Shown one piece after another: positions 1-7,065 of a stretch of 24,000 nucleotides of DNA (the first letter of the stretch is position 1; every line of letters starts with the position of its first letter). Below the pieces are notes generated by a model that ran no database searches, was not told the DNA's origin, and saw only the letters and a program-made list of their open reading frames with translations. A program made the translations under genes and the position numbers. Source of the DNA: Nanobdellota archaeon. GTDB lineage: Archaea > Nanobdellota > Nanobdellia > Woesearchaeales > UBA11576. The stretch covers positions 1-24,000 of the forward strand of contig JAHJSS010000052.1 of the NCBI GenBank assembly GCA_018830225.1. The letters run 5' to 3'.

Positions 1-51
1 CAGGCAACAGCAGCATAAAAAGAAAGTACGGAAGTAGCGTAAGCTCCCATT

Positions 52-96
52 CTGTGCGGACAATCCGCACAGAAGTCTATGGCAGGCTAGCCTGCC
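52..96 (-). terminator. Two adjacent perfect hairpins downstream of the minus-strand gene that ends at 156
   Basis: CTGTGCGGA-CAA-TCCGCACAG (52-72, 9-10 bp stem) and the palindrome GGCAGGC-TA-GCCTGCC (81-96). On the minus strand they are followed by a T-rich run (reverse complement of 17-26). Terminator role is inferred. Confidence 0.3.
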
Positions 97-155
97 ACAA
101 TCTCTTCTTTTGGCTTTTTAAGACTCTCGGGACAGAGCCGGTGCGCTTACTGTCA

Positions 156-872
156 TCAGAACCAGTCGAACACCTTTCTCTTGAGCTGTCCTGCCTTGTC
201 CTTCTTGTTCCTGTAGTATGCCTTTGCCTTCTCCCTTGCGACTGCCCTGCCGAGCTCTTTCTCTATCTGCTCGCCGCCTTCGAACACCTTCTCGAGCCTT
301 TTGAAGCGGGCGTCGTGATAGTATGTCTTGTTGCCTGACTTGAAGAACTTGCGCCGCTTGTGCAGCGTCTCGTGGAACATTATATAATCTAGGTAATTGG
401 TGTCTTCCATGTCCTTGAAGACCCTGCTTATGGTTATGGTGTCGTTCTTGAAGTCATAGCTGCCGAATGTCCTTGTCGCGAACTGCCCCCACATGAGGTT
501 AGGCCTCTCGACAAGTCCTAGGAAGTATCTTTCATTGACCCTGTTGAAGCTTGACTCAAGCTGGGGGTCGTTCTTGTCTTTGGGTATTGCGATGTGTAGG
601 TTCTGGACGAATGTGTTGTACAGGTCTATGTACATGGAGTGTTTCTTCTTCTTTAGAAGCTTGAGGATGAGCTCCTGCATGAGCCCCATCTGGATCTCAG
701 GTGAGATGGAATACCATTTCCTGGACATCTTGAATTCCATCAGGCCGCCCGAAAGCGAGACGTATGCACCGTAGTCCTTGAGCCTTCCTGTGTAGACGGT
801 CCTGAAACTGTAGTTGCAGTCCTCTCCGAAGAGGTCTGTGTACGCCTTCCTTGCTATGTCTTGCTCTTCCAT
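156..872 (-). CDS. HExxH zinc-metallopeptidase-like protein (SprT / YgjP-DUF45-like), basic C-terminal tail
   Basis: 238-aa ORF with HETLH followed by YYHDARF, the HExxH...H..F pattern of SprT/DUF45-type peptidases. Family assigned from the motif only. Confidence 0.6.
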   Translation of the reverse strand: MEEQDIARKAYTDLFGEDCNYSFRTVYTGRLKDYGAYVSLSGGLMEFKMSRKWYSISPEIQMGLMQELILKLLKKKKHSMYIDLYNTFVQNLHIAIPKDKNDPQLESSFNRVNERYFLGLVERPNLMWGQFATRTFGSYDFKNDTITISRVFKDMEDTNYLDYIMFHETLHKRRKFFKSGNKTYYHDARFKRLEKVFEGGEQIEKELGRAVAREKAKAYYRNKKDKAGQLKRKVFDWF

Positions 873-897
873 CTTTGAGGGGTTATTTGTTTCCGCG

Positions 898-2004
898 TTA
901 TTCGGTGTTGATCTCGTACCTGAGTATGGCTGCGACCTTACCGAGGTCCCTGAGCTGCACTCCTTCCCTTGTCTCTGTAGAGATTATCCTGACGTCGGTC
1001 CCCACTCTCTCTGCCTCTTTCTCAAGCTCTTCGAGTTCCTTGTCGTCGAGGCTCTCTGAGAGCAGCAGTGTCTGGACGACTCCCATCTTGAGCATCTTCC
1101 TGACCTGTTCCTTGCCGTAGCTGACCATGCCGGGCTGCTTTCCGAGGTAGGTGAGGAACTTCGCGACTATCTGCTTCTCTTGCGCGACCTCTTCTGCCGC
1201 GAGAAGGTCTTCACTCTTCTCGAGGAGCTCCTGCAGCCCGAACTCCTCTGTGTAGGAGAGATCTTTTGTGCCGATTATCTTCTTTTTTATGTCGCCTGTG
1301 AGGTAGTCGTGGCCGATGAAGTCGTTGACAGTCACGCCCGGCCCTCCGATTATCACTCCCTTGAGGCCTTCTATCTTGAGGAACTGGTCCTTCATGTATT
1401 CCGCGATCTTCTTGTAGTGCTCTTTTGTCGCGAGCTCTCGGTTCCTTGCGAACCTTGACGCTGACTGTCCTCCTGCCTTGAACTTGCCGGGGACTTCTGA
1501 GTGTGTCTTGACGAGGGGGATTATGGTCTTTCCCTTGAGCAGCGCAATCATCGCGTCTCTCCTGTCGAGGACTACGAGGCCGTAGACTTCCTTGACCTCC
1601 ATTATCTCGCGCAGCGGGTCTAGGACAAATTCCTTGTCGCACCTGTATGTCCTGAACTTCATAGGGACTGGCGGCTCTATGCTCCAGACCTGGAAGTTCT
1701 GCTGCCCCTCCTTCTCTGCGACATTGCCTGAGAAGACCGCCAGTCCGTTCGGTGGCGTCTGCTTGAAGAGCTTGAGGTGCTGTATCATCCTCTCGAGCGC
1801 TCCGATGACATTATCCCTTGTCTGCTTGCTCTTGATGTTGGATGCGGTGCCCTGCTCCTGTGATATGTGGTTGACTATGAGGTTGAGGTCATACCCCGCA
1901 GGTACGTAGACAGAGACCAGCTCTGTATGCCTGCCTCTATGCTGCTCTAGCTCTTTCACGAATTTGCGCAGATGGAACTTCTGCATCTCTGATACTGCGG
2001 TCAT
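898..2004 (-). CDS. prf1: Peptide chain release factor aRF1
   Basis: 368-aa ORF with the NIKS stop-codon recognition motif (TASNIKSKQTR) and the GGQ motif (KAGGQSASRF). Overall eRF1/aRF1 three-domain layout. Confidence 0.95.
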   Translation of the reverse strand: MTAVSEMQKFHLRKFVKELEQHRGRHTELVSVYVPAGYDLNLIVNHISQEQGTASNIKSKQTRDNVIGALERMIQHLKLFKQTPPNGLAVFSGNVAEKEGQQNFQVWSIEPPVPMKFRTYRCDKEFVLDPLREIMEVKEVYGLVVLDRRDAMIALLKGKTIIPLVKTHSEVPGKFKAGGQSASRFARNRELATKEHYKKIAEYMKDQFLKIEGLKGVIIGGPGVTVNDFIGHDYLTGDIKKKIIGTKDLSYTEEFGLQELLEKSEDLLAAEEVAQEKQIVAKFLTYLGKQPGMVSYGKEQVRKMLKMGVVQTLLLSESLDDKELEELEKEAERVGTDVRIISTETREGVQLRDLGKVAAILRYEINTE

Positions 2005-2027
2005 GATGATTTCAGATAAGGTAAGGG

Positions 2028-2035
2028 TTTATAAA
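2028..2035 (-). promoter_or_regulatory. TATA box (TTTATAAA) for aRF1, leaderless spacing
   Basis: Palindromic TTTATAAA lies 24 nt upstream of the aRF1 ATG at 2004. The same octamer recurs at similar spacing before other genes in the window. Confidence 0.5.
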
Positions 2036-2053
2036 ATTAAGCACTTCAAAACC

Positions 2054-2061
2054 TTTAAATA
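2054..2061 (+). promoter_or_regulatory. TATA box (TTTAAATA) for tRNA-Pro
   Basis: TTTAAATA ends 27 nt upstream of the first tRNA nucleotide (2088), the canonical archaeal TATA-to-TSS distance. Confidence 0.6.
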
Positions 2062-2087
2062 CGCCTCTCAAATCCTTGAGGGAAGAA

Positions 2088-2196
2088 GGGGCTATGGGGT
2101 AGTTTGGCTATCCTTGCCGGTTTGGGACCTGCCGAAGCCTTGCTGAGGCTCGCGGCAAAATGCCGGCTGACCCCGGTTCAAATCCGGGTAGCCCCA
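2088..2196 (+). tRNA. tRNA-Pro (anticodon UGG) with a ~35-nt intron in the anticodon loop; CCA not encoded
   Basis: Acceptor GGGGCUA/UAGCCCC plus discriminator A. D-loop contains GG. Anticodon stem GCCGG/CCGGC with loop UUUGGGA (U33, UGG, G37). T arm CCCGG-UUCAAAU-CCGGG. The segment from about 2127 to 2162 interrupts the loop at or near position 37/38 and folds into its own helices (UGCCG/CGGCA, AGCCU/AGGCU). Confidence 0.9.
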
Positions 2197-2260
2197 TGTG
2201 ATAAAGGTAAAATGCCAGATGAGCTTGTGAATCTGCATTTTACATTTTTACATGCTCAAT

Positions 2261-2295
2261 AATCCCGATGAGCTTACGAGTCGGGATTATTTTTG
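2261..2295 (+). terminator. Hairpin plus T-tract downstream of tRNA-Pro
   Basis: AATCCCGA (2261-2268) pairs with TCGGGATT (2281-2288) and is followed by ATTTTTG. Confidence 0.4.
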
Positions 2296-2415
2296 TATGT
2301 GTTGCAAGCAGATACATAATAAATAGACCAAGCAAAGTTTATAAAGAAACAAAAATTGCTACAATATCTGCTTTTAAGGGTCAAAAAACAAATATGAAGG
2401 GTTTTCAAGGACAAA

Positions 2416-2799
2416 ATGGCTAAGAAAACAAATTTAGGTTCTACAAAGCGCTTTGGAGTGAGGTATGGGCGCAGAAACAGGGAAAAAGTAGCTATTATTG
2501 AAAAAGAGCATAGGGGAAAGCGGAAATGCCCTTTTTGCAATTATATTCAGGTGATCAGGCTGTCCAAGGGCATATGGCAGTGCGGCAAGTGCAATGTGAA
2601 ATTCACAGGCAAGGCATACACTCTCGAGACCTCTAAGAAGGGAGTCAAGGAGCTCGCGAAGGAAGAGATTAAAGAGCTCCCTGAAGAGATCGAAGAGCCT
2701 GAGGACATAGAGGAAGAGGAGCCTGAGGCCGTAGAAGAGGATGAAGCACCTGAAGAAGAGCGGAAAGATGTTCTTTCTGATGATGCTGAGGTCGCTTGA
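2416..2799 (+). CDS. rpl37ae: 50S ribosomal protein L37Ae (eL43) with a 55-aa acidic C-terminal extension
   Basis: N-terminal TKRFGVRYG and zinc ribbon CPFC...CGKC are typical of L37Ae. The core ends near FTGKAYTLET and is followed by an E/D-rich tail. Confidence 0.9.
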   Translation: MAKKTNLGSTKRFGVRYGRRNREKVAIIEKEHRGKRKCPFCNYIQVIRLSKGIWQCGKCNVKFTGKAYTLETSKKGVKELAKEEIKELPEEIEEPEDIEEEEPEAVEEDEAPEEERKDVLSDDAEVA

Positions 2800-2801
2800 A
2801 G

Positions 2802-2939
2802 ATGGTTGAGTACAAGTGCTTTGATTGCAACAAGAAGGTAGGCATCGAGTACATTAAGAAGAAGGTGCGGTGCCCTTACTGCGGAAGCAAGATGCTTTTC
2901 AAGCCGAGGCTGGTCTCTACCAAGGTCAAGGCGAGATAG
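2802..2939 (+). CDS. rpoP: DNA-directed RNA polymerase subunit P (Rpo12)
   Basis: 45-aa ORF absent from the supplied track: MVEYKCFDCNKKVGIEYIKKKVRCPYCGSKMLFKPRLVSTKVKAR. It has the CxxC...CPYCG zinc ribbon followed by LFKPR. It starts 2 nt after the L37Ae stop, matching the conserved L37Ae-RpoP-Pcc1-prefoldin gene order. Confidence 0.85.
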   Translation: MVEYKCFDCNKKVGIEYIKKKVRCPYCGSKMLFKPRLVSTKVKAR

Positions 2940-2954
2940 CTGAGACTGCAGAAG

Positions 2955-3182
2955 ATGGAGTGCACAGCAAAGGTTTTCGTGAAGGGTGACCCTGAGAAGT
3001 TGCTCGAGTGCCTCGCTCCTGAAGAGACATCGTTTGACCGTTCATCTTTCACTGTGAAAAAGAGAGGCGACGGCGTGGAGTTCGACGTCACCTCCAAGGA
3101 TGCTGTCGCGTTGCGTGCGACGCTCAACACGATATCGCAGCTCATCATCGTGTTCGAGGGCGCGAGCAGGAAGAAGGGCTGA
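2955..3182 (+). CDS. pcc1: KEOPS complex subunit Pcc1-like protein
   Basis: 75-aa ORF of Pcc1/CTAG size and pattern (AVALRATLNT...) in the conserved position between rpoP and prefoldin beta. Confidence 0.65.
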   Translation: MECTAKVFVKGDPEKLLECLAPEETSFDRSSFTVKKRGDGVEFDVTSKDAVALRATLNTISQLIIVFEGASRKKG

Positions 3183-3203
3183 TACCTGGATCGGAGAGAA
3201 ACA

Positions 3204-3536
3204 ATGGCTGAAGTCAAGAAAGATGTGCAGGAGAAGATCAACAAGCTGTCCTCGATGGAACAGTCCCTCCAGTCGTTCTTGGCGCAGAAGCAGGCTTTCC
3301 AGGCCCAGCTTCTCGAGATTGATTCTGCTTTGGGTGAGCTGAAGAAGACGAGCAAGGCCTACAGGATAGTGGGCAATGTCATGGTCGTTTCTGACAAGGC
3401 TGAGCTGACTAATGAGCTTGAGCAGAAGAAGGAGACCATGGAGTTGAGGATCAAGAGCCTGGATAAGCAGGAGTCTAAGATGAGGGAGAAGACCTCGGAG
3501 CTGCAGTCAGAGGTCATGAAAGAGATGTCTGAATAA
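3204..3536 (+). CDS. pfdB: Prefoldin subunit beta
   Basis: 110-aa coiled-coil / beta-hairpin / coiled-coil layout (QQLQ-type heptads, central YRIVGNVMV). Confidence 0.85.
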   Translation: MAEVKKDVQEKINKLSSMEQSLQSFLAQKQAFQAQLLEIDSALGELKKTSKAYRIVGNVMVVSDKAELTNELEQKKETMELRIKSLDKQESKMREKTSELQSEVMKEMSE

Positions 3537-3588
3537 ACAGGATAAAAATTCCAAGGAAGATTGTTATGCTGAACAAGGGGAACACAAG

Positions 3589-3837
3589 ATGGATGAGAAG
3601 ATGCAAAACATTATCGAGGCTCTCGAGGAGCTCGCCAATGACAACACTGTCCCCCGCAACGTAAAGTCAAAGGTTTCTGAAGTCATCTCTACGCTCAAGG
3701 AAGGCAACGACCAGGACATGTCCATAAGGATAAACAAGGCGTTGAGCACGCTTGACGAGATTTCTGACGACACTAACATCCAGACCTACACAAGGACGCA
3801 GATCTGGAACATTGCCAGCATGCTTGAGATGGTCTAG
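3589..3837 (+). CDS. UPF0147 family protein
   Basis: 82-aa ORF with NTVPRNVK...LDEISDDTNIQTYTRTQIWN..S.LE, which matches my memory of the archaeal UPF0147 signature. Confidence 0.7.
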   Translation: MDEKMQNIIEALEELANDNTVPRNVKSKVSEVISTLKEGNDQDMSIRINKALSTLDEISDDTNIQTYTRTQIWNIASMLEMV

Positions 3838-3843
3838 AAAGGC

Positions 3844-4446
3844 TCAACTAGCCCTTTTTGTCTTCGCTTTCTTCTTTGACGACTTGACATATGTGACTTC
3901 GGTCTTGTTCAGCACAGAATTCGGTATGAATATCATGTCGCCGTTCTTGGTCTCAATCTTCGTCTCGAGGAGCGTTATCTCTGTTATCTTTCCCTGCATG
4001 CCCTTGACCTTTATCTTTTGTCCCATCTTAAACTTCTTGTGGCTCTGCATGAAGAAGCCTGCTATGGCGTTGGGTATGAAATCCTTTATGCCGAGGAACG
4101 CAGAGAGGATTATGAGGATTATGATGCCTGCGGCTATCATGTGCAGTACCGTCGATGCGAGGCCTATCTGCTGGAGCACTATGACTACTGTTATGAAATA
4201 TATGAAATAGGTGGTGAATGTCTCTGCTATCTCCTCAAGCTTCAGTGTCGTGCCTGTGAGGTTGGAGAATGTCTCATTCACCTCGAAGCTGTGCAGGAAC
4301 TTGAATATCAGCCTGCCGAGTATCTTCCCTATGATAAACCCTATCAGGAGTATGACTATCGAGACTATGAACTTGTAGAAGACACCTGAAGTGGACTCCT
4401 TCACTAGGTTGTACGCGCTGACTATAGTGTCCAATAGCTCGGCCAT
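3844..4446 (-). CDS. Small MscS-like mechanosensitive channel protein
   Basis: Three predicted TM helices followed by the MscS beta-domain pattern (MGQKIKVKGMQGKITEITLLETKIETKNGDMIFIPNSVL). Lys-rich C-terminus. Confidence 0.75.
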   Translation of the reverse strand: MAELLDTIVSAYNLVKESTSGVFYKFIVSIVILLIGFIIGKILGRLIFKFLHSFEVNETFSNLTGTTLKLEEIAETFTTYFIYFITVVIVLQQIGLASTVLHMIAAGIIILIILSAFLGIKDFIPNAIAGFFMQSHKKFKMGQKIKVKGMQGKITEITLLETKIETKNGDMIFIPNSVLNKTEVTYVKSSKKKAKTKRAS

Positions 4447-4469
4447 GGTCCTATTGGCAGGCTTAGGGG

Positions 4470-4477
4470 TTTATAAA
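4470..4477 (-). promoter_or_regulatory. TATA box (TTTATAAA) for the MscS-like gene, leaderless spacing
   Basis: The octamer lies 24 nt upstream of the minus-strand ATG at 4446. Confidence 0.45.
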
Positions 4478-4526
4478 TTTTGTTGGCATAGAAAACATTA
4501 AATATCCATTTAAATAATGATGACGC

Positions 4527-5687
4527 ATGCCGAAAAGTAAAAGTGCGAAGGGCGCGAAGGGCGCTGGAAAGAAAGACGCGGCTCCTAAGAAGAAGTCTTC
4601 TAACTGGGACAGGATTCAGGAGCTTGAGAAAGAGCTCAGCTCGATGCAGTACAACAAGCGCACGCAGCACCATTATGGCCTTGTCAGGGCCAAGATAGCT
4701 GAGCTGAAGAAGAAGGAGGAGGCCAGGTCTGCCAAAGGCCCTGCGACGACCGGCTACTCTGTGAGGAAGAGCGGTGACGCTACAGTGATCCTTGTCGGTT
4801 TCCCTTCATCAGGGAAGTCAAGCCTCCTGAATGTCATAACCAATGCCAATTCCCCTGTCGGGGCTTATGAGTTCACCACGCTTTCAGTCATTCCAGGTCT
4901 TCTCGAGCACAAGGGAGCAAAGATCCAGATACTTGACGTGCCTGGCATCGTGCAGGGCGCAGCTTCAGGGAAGGGTAGGGGCAGGGAGGTGCTTTCTGTG
5001 CTGCAGAACGCCGACATGGCTCTCATCCTCGTTGATACCCTGAGGCCTAATGCTCTGAAGGTCATCCTCAACGAGATAAATGACGCCCACCTGCGCATCA
5101 ACAAGGTGAAGCCTGACGTGAGGATAAGGAAGAAGGCGAAAGGGGGGATAAGCATAGGAAAGACAGTGAGGCTCGACCTCCTCGCAGATGAAACCATCCG
5201 GTCAGTGTGCAAGGAGATGCGCATCAACAACGCGGACATCCTGATCAGGAGCGAGATAGGAGTGGATGACCTGATTGACGTTATCGAGAGCAACAAGGTA
5301 TACATCCCCGGCCTCACCGTGCTTAACAAGATAGACCTTGTCGATGACACGCGTCTTGAAGAGATAAAGCAGGAGGTCAGGCCTGACATCTGCATATCCG
5401 CTCCGCAGAAGATAAACACGGATAAGCTGAAGGAACTCATCTTCAACAGGCTCGACTTCATACGCATCTACTGCAAGGAGGTCGGCAAGAAGGCTGACAT
5501 GGAGGTACCGCTCATCATGCGCCGCGGCTCCACGATAAGGGACATGTGCAACAAGCTGCACAAGGATTTCGTCGCGAAGTTCAGGTTCGCGAGGGTGTGG
5601 GGCCCTAGCGCGAAGTTCCCTGGCCAGCTGCTCATGCTGAACCATGTGATTACCGACGGTGACGTCGTGCAGATACATCTGAAGTGA
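4527..5687 (+). CDS. DRG-family (Obg-like) GTPase with C-terminal TGS domain
   Basis: G1 GFPSSGKSS, G3 DVPG and NKID motifs. YNKRTQHHYG N-terminal helix typical of DRG. C-terminal TGS-like domain. About 25 aa of Lys-rich N-terminal extension. Confidence 0.9.
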   Translation: MPKSKSAKGAKGAGKKDAAPKKKSSNWDRIQELEKELSSMQYNKRTQHHYGLVRAKIAELKKKEEARSAKGPATTGYSVRKSGDATVILVGFPSSGKSSLLNVITNANSPVGAYEFTTLSVIPGLLEHKGAKIQILDVPGIVQGAASGKGRGREVLSVLQNADMALILVDTLRPNALKVILNEINDAHLRINKVKPDVRIRKKAKGGISIGKTVRLDLLADETIRSVCKEMRINNADILIRSEIGVDDLIDVIESNKVYIPGLTVLNKIDLVDDTRLEEIKQEVRPDICISAPQKINTDKLKELIFNRLDFIRIYCKEVGKKADMEVPLIMRRGSTIRDMCNKLHKDFVAKFRFARVWGPSAKFPGQLLMLNHVITDGDVVQIHLK

Positions 5688-5746
5688 TGTTCTGAACAGA
5701 ACTTTTATATAGCCGTTGTCCCATATTATGGGCGAGGTGATTGATT

Positions 5747-5839
5747 ATGCCATGCGGATGCTGTGGAACCAAGAAGAAAGTTGCCAAGAAGGCAGCGAAG
5801 AAAGCGCCTGCTAAGAAGAAAGCGGCGAAGAAGAAGTAA
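5747..5839 (+). CDS. 30-aa Cys/Lys-rich mini-protein (MPCGCCGTKKKVAKKAAKKAPAKKKAAKKK)
   Basis: Not in the supplied track. The ATG follows GAGGTGAT after 6 nt. A TATA-like TTTATATA lies at 5704-5711 and a long T-rich tract directly downstream. The listed antisense ORF 5650..5928 looks spurious. Confidence 0.5.
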   Translation: MPCGCCGTKKKVAKKAAKKAPAKKKAAKKK

Positions 5840-5855
5840 GAGAAGTGAGTCTTGA

Positions 5856-5878
5856 TTTTTTCTTTTTTTGTTTTGTTT
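5856..5878 (+). terminator. Oligo-T terminator region after the mini-gene
   Basis: TTTTTTCTTTTTTTGTTTTGTTTC. Archaeal termination typically occurs at T-tracts. Confidence 0.4.
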
Positions 5879-6520
5879 CTATTCTTTCCATCCATCCTCT
5901 CCGACGAGTGGCACGAATGCGCAGTCACATATCTTCCTTTCTACTAATTCCCCTCTGCTCTTCGTTATCTTGATCAGCGCCTGCCCCCACTCGTCTCCTA
6001 CAGGTATGACAAGCCTGCCGCCTTCCTTGAGCTGCTCCTTCAGTGCGTCAGGCACCTTGAAGCATGCTGCGGTGACTATGATTGCGTCATAGGGGGAGTG
6101 CTTCTTCAGGCCGAGGGTGCCGTCGCCGACCATCACATTGACGTTCATGTAGCAGAGCTTCCGCAGGACACTCCCGGCATGCTCTGCGAGAGCAGGTATC
6201 CTTTCCATTGTGTAGACTGTCTTTGCCAGTCTTGAGAGTATCGCTGCCTGGTAGCCTGAGCCTGCTCCTATCTCAAGCACCTTCTCCTGCCCTTTAAGCT
6301 CCAGCTCCTGTGTCATCAGCGCTACGATGTATGGCTGTGATATTGTCTGGTTCTCGCTGATCGGCAGTGGGAAGTCGCCGTATGCTACGTCCCTGAGCTC
6401 TGGCGGAAGGAACTCATGCCTTGGCACCTCCAGCATCGCCTTCAGCACTCGCGCATCGACTATGTCGCGTGCTTTCAGCTGAGTCTCCACCATCTCCCTT
6501 CGTTTGGCGTCGTAATCCAT
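5879..6520 (-). CDS. pcm: Protein-L-isoaspartate O-methyltransferase
   Basis: 213-aa ORF with QTISQPYIVA and the SAM-binding motif VLEIGAGSGYQAA typical of PIMT. Confidence 0.92.
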   Translation of the reverse strand: MDYDAKRREMVETQLKARDIVDARVLKAMLEVPRHEFLPPELRDVAYGDFPLPISENQTISQPYIVALMTQELELKGQEKVLEIGAGSGYQAAILSRLAKTVYTMERIPALAEHAGSVLRKLCYMNVNVMVGDGTLGLKKHSPYDAIIVTAACFKVPDALKEQLKEGGRLVIPVGDEWGQALIKITKSRGELVERKICDCAFVPLVGEDGWKE

Positions 6521-6522
6521 TT

Positions 6523-6669
6523 TTACTTGAGCTCTTTCATCTTCTTTATCTTCTTCTGCTTTGTGAACTTCTCGTGGACGGGCAGATCCGAGCCCTCATC
6601 CACTTCGTAGAGCTCTTCGACTTCCTCGTCCAGCTTTGACTTTCCTTTCTTTTTCCTGAACAGGTCCAT
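6523..6669 (-). CDS. 48-aa charged hypothetical protein between the PE gene and pcm
   Basis: Not in the supplied track: MDLFRKKKGKSKLDEEVEELYEVDEGSDLPVHEKFTKQKKIKKMKELK. GAGGTGAT lies immediately upstream and overlaps the PE stop codon. Its own stop is 2 nt before the pcm ATG. An alternative ATG lies at 6675. Confidence 0.4.
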   Translation of the reverse strand: MDLFRKKKGKSKLDEEVEELYEVDEGSDLPVHEKFTKQKKIKKMKELK

Positions 6670-6681
6670 CTTCATCACCTC

Positions 6682-7065
6682 TCAGTCCTGCTGTTTCTTG
6701 AACAGCAGCCAGTTCTTCGGTCCTGCCTTCTCGAACTTGAGCAGGACATACTCGCCTTTGAGCTTCTTACCTTTGAGTTTGAACACCATCTTCTCGTCAT
6801 GCCTGCTGATCATCTCGTAAGTGCCCCTGTCCCACGTCTTCACAGTCCCTGCGCCATAATTGCCTTCAGATATTGCTCCCTCGAAGTCTGCGTAAGATAT
6901 GTCATGGTCGTCAACCTGCACTGCCAGGCGTTTCACCCCTGTTTCGTGCGGCGGCTCTTTGGGCACTGCCCAGCTTTTCAGCACTCCGTCCATCTCTAAG
7001 CGAAAATCATAGTGTGGTTTTTTCGATTCGTGAAACTGAACCACATATATTGGAGACTTTGCCAT
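6682..7065 (-). CDS. Stand-alone LigD-type 3'-phosphoesterase (PE) domain protein
   Basis: FHESKKPHYDFRLE...LKSWAVPK...VDDHDISYADFEG...YGAG matches the LigD PE-domain signature. The track ORF begins at a TTG (7083); the ATG at 7065 (MAKSPIY...) is preferred. Confidence 0.88.
   Translation of the reverse strand: MAKSPIYVVQFHESKKPHYDFRLEMDGVLKSWAVPKEPPHETGVKRLAVQVDDHDISYADFEGAISEGNYGAGTVKTWDRGTYEMISRHDEKMVFKLKGKKLKGEYVLLKFEKAGPKNWLLFKKQQD

Noticed and set aside
2197-2300. Possible C/D-box sRNA downstream of tRNA-Pro (GUGAUAA, and two copies of GAUGAGCUU 50 nt apart)
   Set aside because: No CUGA D or D' boxes occur at the required spacing, and the C-like boxes deviate from RUGAUGA. The hairpin plus T-tract is explained more simply as a terminator.
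5650-5928. 92-aa minus-strand ORF spanning the DRG/pcm intergenic region
   Set aside because: It overlaps the ends of both flanking genes and is dominated by poly-Phe/Ala, the complement of the Lys/Ala codons. It lacks start signals. The plus-strand 30-aa ORF has an SD and a terminator.
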